DNA of 64,000 nt, from assembly GCA_964252035.1 (NCBI GenBank), contig OZ176203.1; one strand, 5' to 3'. The notes under the pieces were generated by a model. The model had not been told where the DNA came from, searched no databases, and saw only the letters and a list, made by a program, of their open reading frames with translations. The DNA is from Podarcis erhardii. Lineage: Eukaryota. The position numbers and the translations under genes are program-made. This document shows positions 32,147 through 45,391 of this stretch, piece after piece; position 1 is the stretch's first letter; each line of letters begins with the position of its first letter.

Positions 32147-34719
32147 GTAGCATGAGTACTTGGGGACTGCTGCAGGTGGAGCACTTGTATGAGTTTAAGC
32201 CTTCTTGCAACTAATCTGTATATTTTTATGCTGGAAAAAGAATTGTTTGAAAAGTCCTAAAGAGCCACCTTACACTAGTTCATGGTGTTTAATGAAATGG
32301 AATGGAATGAAATGTTTGGTGTAGTTAATCATGTACAGGCATTAAAATGCACTCATATAATGACACTTTTTAAGTGTGAAAGCAAAAGAAAGAGGGAGGA
32401 CAATCGTAGCATAAAATGTGGCCTACGTGAATGTGCACACAGTGGAATGTTGTATGTACTTGCGGGTTTCTGGCAAGATAACACCTGCAGCACTTCACTG
32501 AGATGGAATTTGTCCTAAGGTGCTTGCCAGAGTTGAACAGGTACATACACTATTTCTAGATATGTCTACCAGATAAGAGGCATTTTAGACTACTTATTTG
32601 CTGATGGAGCAGAACAGTAACATGGAGTCCATTATCTTGTGTTGTGGCCATTGATAATATGCCTTGTCTTCAGCTGTTCTGTGTGTAAGTCTGGAAGTGC
32701 ATTTCAGATTCTCTTAACGATTTGAACTCCTGAGCAGGAAGTGAAGGCAGAAAGTGATGGCTATACTGGTCTTGTAAGATCAGTGTGTTTGACATAGTGC
32801 CTACAATAATTCATGCACTTTAATGTTCCCCTCTCTACCTTTTATATCCTGCATAATGCACCAAATAGGATGAAGACAGACACAACAGACAGACAAGAGA
32901 AGTGTCACTATTAGCATATGGCTGCACTTAATTCTAGAATTAGTTACTGTGTTCTTCTTTGAATTTTGAACTTTACAAACCTTGTGCTGGTAATCACTGT
33001 GCAGATAGTATCTGAAAGAATGCACAAAAAATGTTGTGTTTGTCATAATCCAATGTCATAATGAAATCCCTTGTCAAACACTAGCCAAAGCTGGGAATTG
33101 ATAAAACCTGATCTCCCAGCCCACATATGTAGTAATATTGCTAAGGAATGAACATTTAAAAGAGAAAATTATTCTAAATTCTGAAGCATCCTAGAGGTAT
33201 TTTGAGCCATCAGGATGTCAAGCTTTTAGGAAACTGGAGATTGCCAATTCACTCACAATATGGCAAATTTAGAACTTTCCAGGTTAGAAGTCTTGAGATA
33301 TGGAGACAGGAAGGTACATCAAAGATCAAAATGTGTGTTTATGCATGATGCAGGCTGGCTTAGATTCTAATTTGAGTTTTCCTGGTAATTCAAGTTACTT
33401 CTGCGATGTACAGGTTCTGTCTGTTTTGCAAACACCTATTGGATAGTGCCTTTGGCAATCAGTCATAAGAGTAGGGATCCACCCAAATGTTTACTTCTGG
33501 TGAACACCTGCCTATTCTGAAAAAGATGAGGAGAATCTCCAATAACTCATGTTAATTCCCCTCCAAGCCTTAGTGTGACAAAGAGAAACCATTTCCACAG
33601 CTTAAAGCTGGGGAGGAGGCAAGAGTTTGACCTATTATGGGGTGTAATAGGTGTTTTGAGTGTCTTTCAAAAGTGCAGAGTGATGTCACAATCAAGAGCC
33701 TACCTTTTCCTTCTTGAAGGAGAAACATGATTTGTGGTAGCACAAATTATGGCTTGGTACCAGGCTTATGCACAATTTTTTGGACTCCTGGGGAACAGTT
33801 ACTATCTTTCTTCCTAATGCCTCTGCTTTGTTTTATTTAAACCAACACCCTAGCAGTGAACACTTCTCTATTGCAGCATATAAGCATTTACGTAAAGAGA
33901 ATGAAAAGCTGCCCATGAGCACGACTGCTTTGTTCTCCCTTCCCAAGTGAATGTTTAACCTCTCTGATATTCACATCATATTGGTTAAAAGGGGAGTGGG
34001 TGAACATCCTTATCTCCGCAGTATGACTGTAGCTCACTTCTGTGTTACTGTGTGACTCTTCAGCTACTAGAACATAATCAAGGTTGCAACATAACCTTCA
34101 AAGTCCCTGACAGGAGTTGTAGCATTCGATCAATCTGTTCAGTTTCATGATCTCATCAGTCAGAATGTGTGTGAAACTGTTATGGCATCATGTCAATTTG
34201 ACCAATAACTGAAGAGCTTTCACTGCCACTACGTGGGAATTTGCAGTATAGTTTGAGATGCTTGAGGAGAAAAGAGATAGGACTTTTATATTACTATGGG
34301 GGGGTTTTTGTTATTGTTTTTGGTGTGTTTATATATTACTATCCAAGCAGATTGCTAAGAGTTTGATTAGCTTGCTTCTTTTCAAAAAATATTTGCAAAT
34401 TATTTTGTAACCTTTTCTAATGTAAAGAAAAGGAAGATGACTCATTGAGACTGGAGGAATTCATTTGCTATACAGTAGTGACAAAAGGGCACACAATTAA
34501 CACTTCTTCTTTTTTACTGCAATACATGCTTTGCAAATAATTACTTCTCGAATACAGCAAATTTGGCTAAATTTAAGTGGCTAAATATATCACCTTCCAA
34601 AGAGTGTGAAAATTCCTTCATCTTGATATCTAAGCTTTTACAGCTTTAAGACAAAACCTTAAGAAGTAAAGGTCTTTTATCAGTTGAACGCTTGCTTCAG
34701 GGAAGTGTTTTTTTAAATA

Positions 34720-36050
34720 TTTATATTTTATTAAGGTGGTTTCAGTTAAAAGAAATAAAGTGATATAGAAAAAGAAGGAAAAGTGAGATGGAGAAAAACA
34801 ATAACAAAGATACATATAAAAGAGAAAATGTGCAAAAAAGAGAGCAATATACGATATTCCTGTATATTCTTGTATAAATTGGGATAGTGTTATTGTCCTA
34901 GTGCTTATGTAAATGTTAATAGCGTACCACATTTTGTATAAATTCATTCCAAATTTTATATTTATCCATACAGACTACACCTATAAGCAGTCCATTCATA
35001 AACTGTGAGTGATCTCATATTGTCAGTTCATAGGATTGGAGGGAACCATATCTTTATTTTTCCAATTCCTCAGTATCAGTCTATTGCCACCATTGGGGCA
35101 CAGAAAATCCATTTGCATTGTCCCATTGATAGTTTTCATACTGCAGGTATATAGTTCAATAAAATATTCTCTGCTGAAAGATTTAACTTTTTCTGCAGTC
35201 ATAGCTACACGGTCCATCACTTTCTCCTAAAGCTTGTTATGTACAGAAAATTGTCTAAACATGTTTCAGAGAGGCATTGTCCTTGCCACATCTCCAACAC
35301 TGAGCTGTCTTAGCTAACCCTTTTTAATACAACTGTAAAGGAGTCCAATAAACTCTAAATATTATTTTCTGTTGTATTAGTCTTAATTTCAAATCTAATG
35401 ACACCTTAGGTATTGAAGTTAATACATGTCTGGGAAGCAGTGGCGTAGCGTGGGGGGTGCAGGGGGGGCCGGCCGCACCGGGCGCAACATCTGGGGGTTA
35501 GGGTTAGGGGGCGCAAATCCACGGGTTAGGGGTTGCAAATTACTTGCCTTGCCCCAGGTGCTGACAACCCACGCTATCCCACTGCTGGGAAGTTGATAGT
35601 CCCAATTCTTTATTCCAATTATCTCTTACAGTCTGCATAATGAACTTGTGTATTGTTAATAGATATCTATAAACAGTAATTGTTGGCTTTTTATTTTTGA
35701 ATGAGTGGTCCAGTTGCTCCAATATCTCTGGTATCTTAGAAGCTGAAAGGGCTGATGGCCCAAACACACTTGTTAGGAGATGTTGTAATTGAAGATAATG
35801 CCATTGGGCTGTATCTGATGATATTTTTGTCTTAAAACAGCAAAAGTATAAAATTCATCTTCCCCATCTATCAGTTGGTCCAATGTCAATACACCTGTTT
35901 CTATCTAATTTTTCCATATCAGCATCTTTAGGGAAGTGTTGGTAGCACTTAATTTGCCCCTTTTACGGGGATTCAGGGTATATATTTGTCATCTATTCCT
36001 ATTTGGCAAATTACCCCTTTTGTATCAGTGGATTCAAAATTATGTCATTA
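34720..36050 (-). mobile_element. Decayed L1-clade LINE, 3' part of ORF2 and 3' UTR
   Basis: - strand translations VRDNWNKELG, LIQQKIIFRVYWTP and RLILRNWKNKDMVP match L1 ORF2 C-terminal motifs. Several stops. Interrupted by the MITE at 35438. Confidence 0.7.
35438..35584. mobile_element. hAT-type MITE carrying TTAGGG repeats
   Basis: TIRs CAGTGGCGTAGCGTGGG / CCCACGCTATCCCACTG (15/17). Perfect 8-bp TSD CTGGGAAG (35430-35437, 35585-35592). Confidence 0.88.
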
Positions 36051-36541
36051 AAATACTTAGTGTACACTTAGACAGCACTTTGATTCAGTCCCAGTGAATT
36101 GGGGCATAAGTTGATATGCTTATAGAGGTATATGTGTTTCTATAAATGCACATTTAATAACATTAGAACCTGTCTGGCTGACGCTTGTATTAGTAAGCAA
36201 GAGGTAATATGATCATATATTGCTTCTGTGCATATTTTCTTTCTGTAAATACATGTCTTTAAGTTAAAAATTCTGAGGTTACATGTCTTCAAGTGAAAAA
36301 TTGACGTAAGCATTCATTCACCTTTTCCCACCTCATGTTGTCTGCTGAGCCGCTCTCCAGGCTGATGTGTTGACTTCCTCTTACTATGTAAAATGTATTA
36401 TTTTTATCTATTTATTCCCTCATTGGGTACAGTATGGTCTATCTGCAAGAGCAAATAATCAGGAGTTTGATTGTCTAGTGTGCTATGCTATAAGTTGAAA
36501 CAGGCCCGGCTACATCTAGCTTCTGAGTAGTTTTAGAGTTA

Positions 36542-36892
36542 GGTAAAAAAGGTAAATGACCCCTGGACGGTTACATCCAGTCAAAGGCGACTATGGGGTT
36601 GCGACGCTCATCTCGCTTTCAGGCCAAGGGAGCTTTCCGGGTCATGAGGCCAGCATGGCTAAACCGCTTCTCGCACGACAGAAAACAGAGCGCACAGAAA
36701 TGGCATTTACCTTCCTGCCGCAGCGGTACCTATTTATCTACTTGCACTTTGACAGGCTTTCGAACTGCTAGTTTGACAGGAGCCGGGACAGAGCAACGGG
36801 AGCTCACCCCATTGCAGGGATTTGAACCGTCGACCTTCTGATCAGCAAGCCCAAGAGGCTCAGTGGGTTTAGACCACAGTGCCACCCACGTC
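36542..36892 (-). mobile_element. Sauria SINE, full length, different subfamily from 4665-5029
   Basis: The reverse complement has the A/B-box head, conserved body and TTTACC tail. Confidence 0.9.
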
Positions 36893-36974
36893 GGTTTCAG
36901 AGTGTAAACCAGTTTGGTTGCACAATATTGGTGGATGACCTTGACCTTGTGATAGATAGGGGGAGTGTATAAAA

Positions 36975-37119
36975 TAGTACAGTCAGTATAGAATGAGACT
37001 CTTAGTCTCAGGGTTGTGGGTTTGAGTCCCACAGTGGGCAAAAAGATGCCTGCATTGCAAGGAGTTGGACTAGATGACCCTTGTGGTCCCTTCCAATGTT
37101 ACAGTTTCATTATTCTATG
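36975..37119 (+). mobile_element. tRNA-Lys(CTT)-derived SINE with CR1-like tail
   Basis: Head resembles tRNA-Lys-CTT (GAGACTCTTA.TCTCAGGGT.GTGGGTT.GAG.CCCAC). Tail GGACTAGATGACCC..GGTCCCTTCCAA...TTCTATG is a CR1-type 3' end. Confidence 0.8.
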
Positions 37120-38997
37120 GCCATTTGGCTTCCTCTACAAAGAAGGGGATTTTACAGGGGGTGAGCAGTGTGAGGGATGTGTGCTTTTGTAGCAACCCAC
37201 CCTTCCAATATGTGATATGGATGCTGTGTGCTAGCACAAGATACCAGCACATGCCTGTTTGAAAGAGGCACTGATGATCTAGCAACTCCTCTCTCATAAC
37301 TATATAAAAGTTGTAAGTTATTAAACAGCCACAGATGGTCAGGGTGAAGGTTTTAAAAAAAACACACACACACACATACCAAATCTGAACAGGGAATTTA
37401 AAAGTGCAAAGTATGAAACAGTTGGTGAGGAAGTGACACCCACAAAACGGAGATACCACTTTCATCCACACATCTGTCTCTTGTTACAAACCTGTTGTAG
37501 CACACACGCGCGCGCGCACACACACACACACACCAGTTTGGGTGCAGGTTGGATGCATATTGCCCAAAATTGAGCAGCATTTGAAGTGAAGAAGAGGTGG
37601 TGAGGAATCAAGTTAGTGTGGAACCAGTCATTCAGAGTTATACCCAGTGCTAATTCATACTAAGAGTAGATCTGTTGAAATAACTTGTCTTAAGTTACTG
37701 ACGTTGATTCATTTTCACTGGGTTTACTTGGTGTATTCTTCATTGGGCACCCCCTTTTATTCCTGGTGTTGGTGGGGAGATTTTGAAAATGAAATCAATA
37801 GTGTTTGGGTGGGGGTATTTGTACTATAGTTGTGGACCCTGGAAAGCTCATAGTTTTCAGTAACATTCTGAGTTTCCAATCAAAGTCTAGCTGTATCTTT
37901 TTTGTTAAATGTTGCACTGATACTATTTAAGAGTCTGAAAGCACTGTTGTATGACTTTGCAGATGATGATAGGTTGAGGTTTTTTAATGGCCATTTCCCC
38001 TCCTTTGTTGCTATGATCAAAGGGTAAAACAAATATTTTATTTTAGGAACGTGTGAATAGCAATGCCATTCAGATAGGACTCTTATGGAATGAATGGGTG
38101 TGTAACATGGTGAGTGAAATTTAGGGATTAAAGAATTGTTCGTGCATTAGTGTCCTGGCATCTAATAATGGTTTGTGTTGACATCAGTCTTCCAGGAATT
38201 ATAATTGGAATGAAACTCAGCATCACACATGCTTGTCATATTACTGGTCACACTTTGCTTATGTCTGATATCCTGTTTTCATATCTACTTGTCACTTGTC
38301 ACAGGGAAGAATCAAGGGTTCATTTGTCTAGAGAGCCATTTCCCACATCTCAGCTGTTGTGAAATGAGACACCAAAGAACAATGAGATGGCAATAAACAG
38401 GTCACTATTTTGCTGGGTTTGAACTTGTGACTTGTAGGGATGGAAATGTATACTCTGGAGCATTGTATACTCAAATTGTGGTTGAGGATGTTAACACTGA
38501 GAAAGGTGTTGACAGATCTGGTCAACAAAATGAAGCATGGCCATGAAAGCAGGATGTCAAACTTAAGAAAAATGTGGCGAGCCATATGACAGCCATGCAT
38601 GATGTCTGTGAGTTCATTGTAGTTGCAGTTCCAAAAATATCAAAGTGAGGTAAATGGTTAGTGAAGGTAAGAGTAGGATTGAAGCATGGAGAGGAAGGGA
38701 TGGTGTTTAGGAGAAGATACATGTCCGGTGTTGAGCATTGTAGGTTATGCTGGAGTTACTCAGAATGCAGAGCTGACAACATCCAGAAGATTTACATGAA
38801 AGAAAAGAGTGTGTTTCTGTAACCTATTAGCCACATGACTTGCAGATTCACCATACTTGCTGCCAAGTTCCCAGAGAAGTTTGGTTTTCTTGATTCTAGG
38901 TCTCAACTAAAGACCTGCTGGTAAAGAGACTAGCCTGCTCCCTATGGATATGGATTAGGAAACTCTGTAGCACCTCTGATGGCTGTCCTAAATATGA

Positions 38998-39037
38998 AAG
39001 GTAAAGGTAAAGGGACCCCTGACCATTAGGTCCAGTC
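38998..39037 (-). mobile_element. Sauria SINE 3'-terminal fragment (40 bp)
   Basis: AAGGTAAAGGTAAAGGGACCCCTGACCATTAGGTCCAGTC is the reverse complement of about 4988-5027. Confidence 0.8.
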
Positions 39038-39490
39038 ATTTTAATACAAACTCCAGGCTGTGAAAATTGTCCTCAACAGTTATATTGCATGGCCTGAACA
39101 AGATGAAGATTATAGAAAGACTCTTCTGTAGAGTAAAATGTCTAGAATGCACCATAGAATTGGTTGTATCTCATGGAGGCATTGGGCTTCTGCTAGTGTA
39201 AGGTGAGGCATCTCTTTTTCACTAATTCCCCACACAATTTGCAGCCCTCTGCCACACCACAAACTGTTCCAGAGGGCCCTCCCCCTCCCTTAGGAAAAGT
39301 GCATATTGGAAAGGGAGGTTGGTCTGCATTGGATGGAAGGGATCATGGAAAATCAGGTGCCATGCCTTTCACAAGTGAAACCACTTCTCCATAGCAGAAC
39401 ACCACCGTTGGATACAACCCCCGAAAATTAAATGCTTCTGTATTTTTAGCTTTTCTGAATTGTTGTTTGTCAACAGCTCATCATCCCTAA

Positions 39491-39736
39491 TACAGTGGTG
39501 CCTCGGGTTACAGACGCTTCAGGTTACAGATGCTTCAGGTTACAGACTCCACTAACCCAGAAATAGTGCTTCAGGTTAAGAACTTTGCTTCAGGGTGAGA
39601 ACAGAAATTGTGCGGCGGCAGTGCAGCAGCAATGGGAGGCCCCATTAGCTAAAGTGGTACCTCAGCTTAAGAACAATTTCAGGTTAAGAACGGACCTCCA
39701 GAACGAATTAAGTTCTTAACCCGAGATACCACTGTA
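39491..39736. mobile_element. Tc1/mariner-type MITE, family A (opposite orientation, extra 16-bp unit)
   Basis: TA TSD on both sides, TIRs, two GCTTCAGGTTACAGA units. Confidence 0.92.
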
Positions 39737-39903
39737 ACTGCAAAACCTGTTTAAGGCTAAGAGTTCTAAGGGATCGTTTGGGACATTGTATCAACTACAA
39801 AATCTCTCTGATGCTTTTGAGGAAAGGGGGGCCATTCCTCTATTAGCAGAGCCTGCATGGAGGGAAAGATGGGGCCTAGGGAAATAATGGCTTTGCTTAT
39901 CGC

Positions 39904-40072
39904 CAGAGGCAAAGCAAGGAGGATGCAGTGGGGGCAGTCCACCCTGGCTGTCATCCCTGAGGAGGGGTGACATCACTGTGAGGCTAGCCACCACTGGTGC
40001 ACCCCCGTGGGCAGCTAGCCCCGCCCAGCATGTGCACCACTTCGGGTGCCGGAGCAGCTAGCTCTGCCACTG
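39904..40072. mobile_element. Degenerate hAT-type MITE
   Basis: Ends CAGAGGCAAAGC / GCTCTGCCACTG. Possible TSD CTTATCGC / CATATAGC (6/8). Confidence 0.45.
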
Positions 40073-41034
40073 CATATAGCAAAGCTCTAGGGTGCAATTA
40101 GCTATGGTCTTGCAAGACTTGGATGTCTGTTGATATAACTGACCCCATCTAGCCACTTGGGCAACAAAGCCTGTGACTAATCACTCTGCATAAAAGATGG
40201 GAAAGGTTTTTAAAAATTCTTTTTGGCTATTAGGCTGGTATTGTTTCTTCCAGGTGGTGGTTGTGGTCTGGCTTCTGCCAACTTCAACTGAAGGGCCAGT
40301 CTGGATGGGAAAATTGCCCCCACGTTAGCATGAATAGGAAGGTGTCTGTGAAGTCCACTTTGGTTGAGACTGGGGGTGGTTTCCAGGGTTATGAAGGAAT
40401 CATATGACCATAAAGTTTTAGGTGATTCATTTGGGGAAACTACTTCACACCTGCCTCCCCTTGCTATGGAAATAGCTTACAGTCCATCAGGCATAGTTTA
40501 GGATTGAGCTTTGAAGCAGTAGTGGGACTACTGACTGCAACTGACTATCCATGCCACTCTTCCTGGCCTACTGTTTGTGATTAGGTTAGAGCCACACCCT
40601 CCACATTTGGTTGAGAATGATGTATGGAATATTATTTCAGTGGTGTGTTCATTTCAGCTATTAGTGCATAGTACATACTTCTTCCTTTTTTTACATTCAC
40701 ACTGTCTTGTTTGCACAGCACTTTGCCTGATATATCAAAGGGGACTGTGTGATGGCCACTCCTTCCCCCTGCTGTGGCAGTCGCTTCTTCATGCACTCAC
40801 ATATCTGAAAGCCGAGTGATTGAAATAGTCCTGAATGGCTTCATAGTGTTTGCAGTACATTATTTTTCTTAGTCTCTCCACTGTTTCCTTTGGCTCTTCA
40901 TAGTACCATAGCACTGTTAGTCTGTTCCCACCTTTAGAACTATGTGATCACATATGGCCATTTGACTGCATCTGGCATTCCAATGAAGAAGCACTCAGTG
41001 AAGCTGATGTTCAAATTTGCGTTCCTTTTCTATG

Positions 41035-41280
41035 TACAGTGGTACCTCGGGTTACATACGCTTCAGGTTACATACGCTTCAGGTTATAGACTCCGCAAAC
41101 CCAGAAAAAGTGTTTCAAGTTAAGAACTTTGCTTCAGGATAAGAAAAGAAATCATGCACCAGTGGCGTGACAGCAGCAGGAGGCCCCATTAGCTAAAGTG
41201 GTGCTTCAGGTTAAGAACAGTTTCAGGTTAAGAACGGACCTCCGGAACGAATTAAGTACTTAACCCGAGGTACCACTGCA
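41035..41280. mobile_element. Tc1/mariner-type MITE, family A (extra 16-bp unit)
   Basis: TIRs intact, left flank TA, right flank CA. Confidence 0.92.
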
Positions 41281-42041
41281 TTAGTCTCTTTTGTCGGAAC
41301 GATTTCCTTGCCCTTTGATGTAGATCTACCCCAAATCTCCCTTCTTCCTCCTCCTTATTTGGGTGAGGTGACTATTTTTTTCATTATTGAAGGGGTATGC
41401 AAAATTTGCTCCAGGTTTTGGACTGTTTACCATGTTGGGGCAGCAGTTTTGTTTTGTTTCCATTAGTGTGTAGTGCTGCTAAAAACTTCCATAACCATCC
41501 CACTCTACTAGTACACCTTTGAAACATTCAGTCCCCTGTAGTGTAATAGTTTGGCCCTCAAAGGCAGCTCAGTTAGCTCAAGACTGTGCCTGGAAAACAA
41601 CACCACTTGGTATTTTTCACTGAAGAAAATTGCAGCACTCTTTAAAATTAATAAGGCCCTTCCTCCTCATCTTTAATGTAGGTTCCTAAAGCTAGTAGTA
41701 GCTTTTTTAAAAGGTCCCCCCCCCCTCCGTAGTACAACCACAAGAAGATTTTACTCATTAAACACATTTGAACTGAAGTAGACAAACTTGACTACTGAGC
41801 TAATGTAAATCTTGATAACAAAGTGATAACTTTGTTGAGCAAAGCATTTTGAGTTGCACTTGTTCAACTCAAGGTGTATCTCTCAGAAGTGCTTCATGTC
41901 TGTTCCAATTCATTGCAATACAAATTTGTCCCTGTTTTTCAAATGTATTTTGGAATCTTAACCCTGAACCATGTGGATTTTAAAACAGGTGGCAATGATA
42001 TTATAGTTGCATATCCCTGGTTTGTTTGTTTTTGTAACTTA

Positions 42042-42042
<1 letters not shown>

Positions 42043-42086
<44 letters not shown>

Positions 42087-42214
42087 TATTATTTGTACCC
42101 CGCCCATCTGGCTGGGTTTCCCCAGCCACTCTGGGCGGCTTCCATAGAAACCAAAAATACAGTAAAATATCACAGATTAAAAACTTCCCTGAACAGGGCT
42201 GCCTTAATGCTTTT
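42043..42214 (-). mobile_element. L2 3' end fragment with (TAA)n tail
   Basis: TTTGTACCCCGCCCATCTGGCTGGG...CTCTGGGCGGCTT is the reverse complement of an L2-type terminus, preceded by (TTA)n. Confidence 0.8.
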
Positions 42215-43117
42215 ACTTTAAATTTGTTTACCGTAATTCTTGACAAATTAAGCTGGCTGAAAGATCACTATTGCTTAATATGTTCTGGATTGAGTGCATA
42301 TTTCTTGCTAAATTGTGGATCTGGTCAGTTTTTTGGGCAGATGTTTTGTTTATATCCAGAACTTGTTGTTATATGAACGAATGCTAGACACATTGCAATG
42401 AGCCAATTCTGAACACTATTATGTAAACAATACTGGCTATCCACGCATCTGAAGTGTTTGAGCAATGAAGGAATTACGTTCCGAGTACATAATTAAATGA
42501 CGTTGTTAGATATCACTGGAATAGTTGAGAGCTGTCAACATTTAGCAGTTTACAAAGCAAACTGAAAATACCAGTAGTTCCTCATTAAGTACTAAATTAA
42601 AATACTTGTGATAGAACTTGTTTCCCATGCTTGTGCTTGATTAAAATGAAGATAAACTTTTATAATATTTTAAGCTTCTTCTTTTTTAAAAAAAAGATTA
42701 GCTTCCTTATAACACTGGCAAAGCAGAACATTGTTCCCGTATAATACAAAGTGGTTTTTTATTGCTCTTCAACAGTAATAAAAAGCCTTTGTACATTCCA
42801 AGACTTGTGTTTGCTTTCTCAAGGACCCATTTAAGATTATTAGGTAAGATATTCTGGTGTAAAAATAACTATTCTAAGAAAGGATTCTTCTAATTCAGAT
42901 GAGTTCATTGATTTCAGATTTCTAATTCAGTTTTCAGTTTTCCAATCTTATATGTGCTGTAGACAATTTGCATAGTGGGGGATCTTACCAATTTATCAAG
43001 CTTAGGAGCATATGGTTCCTGAATGCGGCAACCATATCAATCACATATTTGCAAGCTTACAAGCCCCAATTTTGCTGACCCGACATTATGTCCCATTATG
43101 TCCCTTTCTAGCAACAA

Positions 43118-43118
<1 letters not shown>

Positions 43119-43156
<38 letters not shown>
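43119..43156. repeat. (AC)19 microsatellite
   Basis: Direct reading. Confidence 0.95.
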
Positions 43157-43158
<2 letters not shown>

Positions 43159-43199
43159 TTCATTGAAATTTCAATGTAGGAAGTGAAATGTTGACACTG

Positions 43200-43790
43200 A
43201 CTCTAAGCTGGTTGCTGGATAGGAGGTTGGAATTCTTCATCTTAGAGAGGAACACAGAAATAGTGCTCATAACAGGAACCTTGTGGAATGGAGAGAAGCA
43301 GTGGAACATAGTTTTCTCTGAATACAAACTCTATAGAAAGGATAGGGTAGGGTATCCTGGATGCAGTGTCACTCTGTTGCAATCCCAACAAGTTAAAAAT
43401 TCCCAAAGCGGCACGCTCTACTACAGAATTGGTGTGGGTGGTGATGCCAGGCCCCAATGCAAATCATGTTCCAATGAGGAAAATGAAAGTTACCACATAC
43501 TTTGGAAAAAGAAATGCAAGGAGACAATAAGGAATGCCAAATAGAATAAGAGAAGCATGAAGACTGCCAACAAAACACTATTTATTTACTCTGTGTTAGC
43601 ATGAGAAGAGCTAGGGAGACAGTTGTACCTTTGAACGATGAGGAAGTCATAGGTGTGCTAAAGGGGATTGCAAAGAAGCTGAATGAATTATTAGCGACTT
43701 TCTTCACAGCGGAAGATGTAGAGCAGATCTGTGCCTGAATTAACATTCTAGGTCTGATCAATTAAAGCAAACCATGGTGAAGTTCTAGAA
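43200..43790 (+). mobile_element. Decayed CR1 ORF2 fragment (endonuclease region, internally deleted)
   Basis: Translation EFFILERNTEIVLITGTLWNGEKQWNIVFSEYKLYRKDR resembles the CR1 endonuclease motif ITETWW...W...GY.LFRRDR. Downstream, AKKLNELLATFFT resembles the CR1 A..LN.FF.SVFT motif. Confidence 0.7.
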
Positions 43791-44942
43791 TTGGCAGTCA
43801 ATCCAGCTCTCTTTGCTGAGGGGTTATATGGTGTTGAGAGGGTATCTCAAGGGAAGCACCATACAGAGCATACAGTGCCAGGACCACGGTGGTTAAGCTG
43901 CCTCAGACCAGCAATGGCTTTAGCTGTCTTATCAGCCAAAGCTAGCCAAAGGCACTCCTAACCACTAAGGCCACATGGGCTTCAAGTAATAATAACGTTG
44001 GGTTCAGGATCACCCCAGACTGTGTACCTGTTCCTTAGTACTAGTAATGCGTGAAAACCTCATTTGGCTTAGTTTATAATGGCAAGTAAGAAACTGCATT
44101 CTGACATCCCACAGCACTGTGAACCTTATCAGAGTCTGGCTTCGTAACCATATAACTATGTTATGCAAGACAGTCCCATAGAGATTAGAAATTTGAGTGC
44201 TGGGTGGAGGGGGAAGGCAAAGTGAGTAAAAGAAGGCATGCTAAATGCTTTCAGCATCAATGTCTTGCACATTCCTGTGAGCATCAATGCTCTCCACTTA
44301 GCTAAAATGTTTACAGTATGTTTAAAGCAGCAGTTTATTGCAGCACCCTCTGTAAAAGTAAAAAAAATAAAAATGACACTAATGCTTGAGGCCTTCAACA
44401 AGCATACAATTAAAATCACAAGTTTGGAAAGGTGTGTGAGGGACCATTGTTGTCTCCTACTTTGTCATTAAAGTAGCCACTTTGCTGTAGGCAAATTTAA
44501 TAACTTCTTGGATGCATTTTCCTCAGAGGAAAATAGGATTGAGTGTAATTGGCTGAAGTCTTCAAGATAAAACTGAATTCTGTACAAAAGAGTTTGCTTG
44601 TTGTATGCTTTTTCTGTGTTAATATTGGCTCAGACACAGACATTTTTTCAGTAGTCAGTATAGAAGTAATAGGTTTGTTTTCAAGACCATGACCTTGTTT
44701 GGTCTCTCTCGTCAGGCAGAAGGCTGCTTGGGATGGTTGTGCATTCTTGCATGGCTACTGGCTTCTCTTCCACCCCTAGAGGATAGAAAGCAAGGTGGTG
44801 TGCTACGTGTCTGAAATAACCTGTCAAATTGTTTCTGTAGATTTATAAATAGCAAAGCTATTTTTATTTAATAGAAGGGTATTAGAACCTTGCTTGGAGC
44901 AAGTATCCATCATTTAGGAATGCTCTGCTGGAAGGATGGTAA

Positions 44943-45189
44943 TACAGTGGTACCTCAGGTTAAGTACTTAATTCATTCCGGAGGTCCGTTCTTAACCTGA
45001 AACTGTTCTTCACCTGAAGCACCACTTTAGCTAATGGGGCATCCTGCTGCTGCCGCGCTGCCGGAGCCCGATTTCTGTTGTCATTCTGAAGCAAAGTTCT
45101 TAACCCGAGATACTATTTCCGGGTTAGCGGAGTCTGTAACCTGAAGCCGTATGTAACCTGAAGCGTATGTAACCCAAGGTACCACTGTA
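44943..45189. mobile_element. Tc1/mariner-type MITE, family A (extra 16-bp unit)
   Basis: TA TSD on both sides, TIRs. Confidence 0.92.
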
Positions 45190-45285
45190 TAACTAGTTGC
45201 AAAAGCAAAACTTCATGCCATGGGACTTGTCACAAACATATTCCTATTATGACCATCCCAGAGGGGAGCAAAGGCTGACATTTCT

Positions 45286-45391
45286 GGCATCTACCAGTTG
45301 ATAGAGCATGAGATTCCTAATCTCAGGGTCATGGATTCAAGGCAATGTTAGGCAAAAGATTCCTGCATTGCAGGGTTTGGACTAGATGACC
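45286..45391 (+). mobile_element. tRNA-Lys-derived SINE, 3'-truncated
   Basis: TAGAGCATGAGATTCCTAATCTCAGGGTC...GGACTAGATGACC, similar to 36975-37119. Confidence 0.7.

Noticed and set aside
35493-35532. Interstitial telomere array or fusion scar
   Set aside because: Only three TTAGGG units, enclosed by TIRs and an 8-bp TSD, so it is part of a MITE (kept as a finding in that form).
36975-37046. tRNA-Lys(CTT)-like sequence as a real tRNA gene
   Set aside because: Stems are degenerate and it runs straight into a CR1-type tail, with a second copy at 45286. It is a SINE head.
38200-38760. Possible ancient L2 RT fragment on the minus strand (FNPTLTFTNHL)
   Set aside because: Only one weak motif by eye, too degenerate to call without an HMM search.
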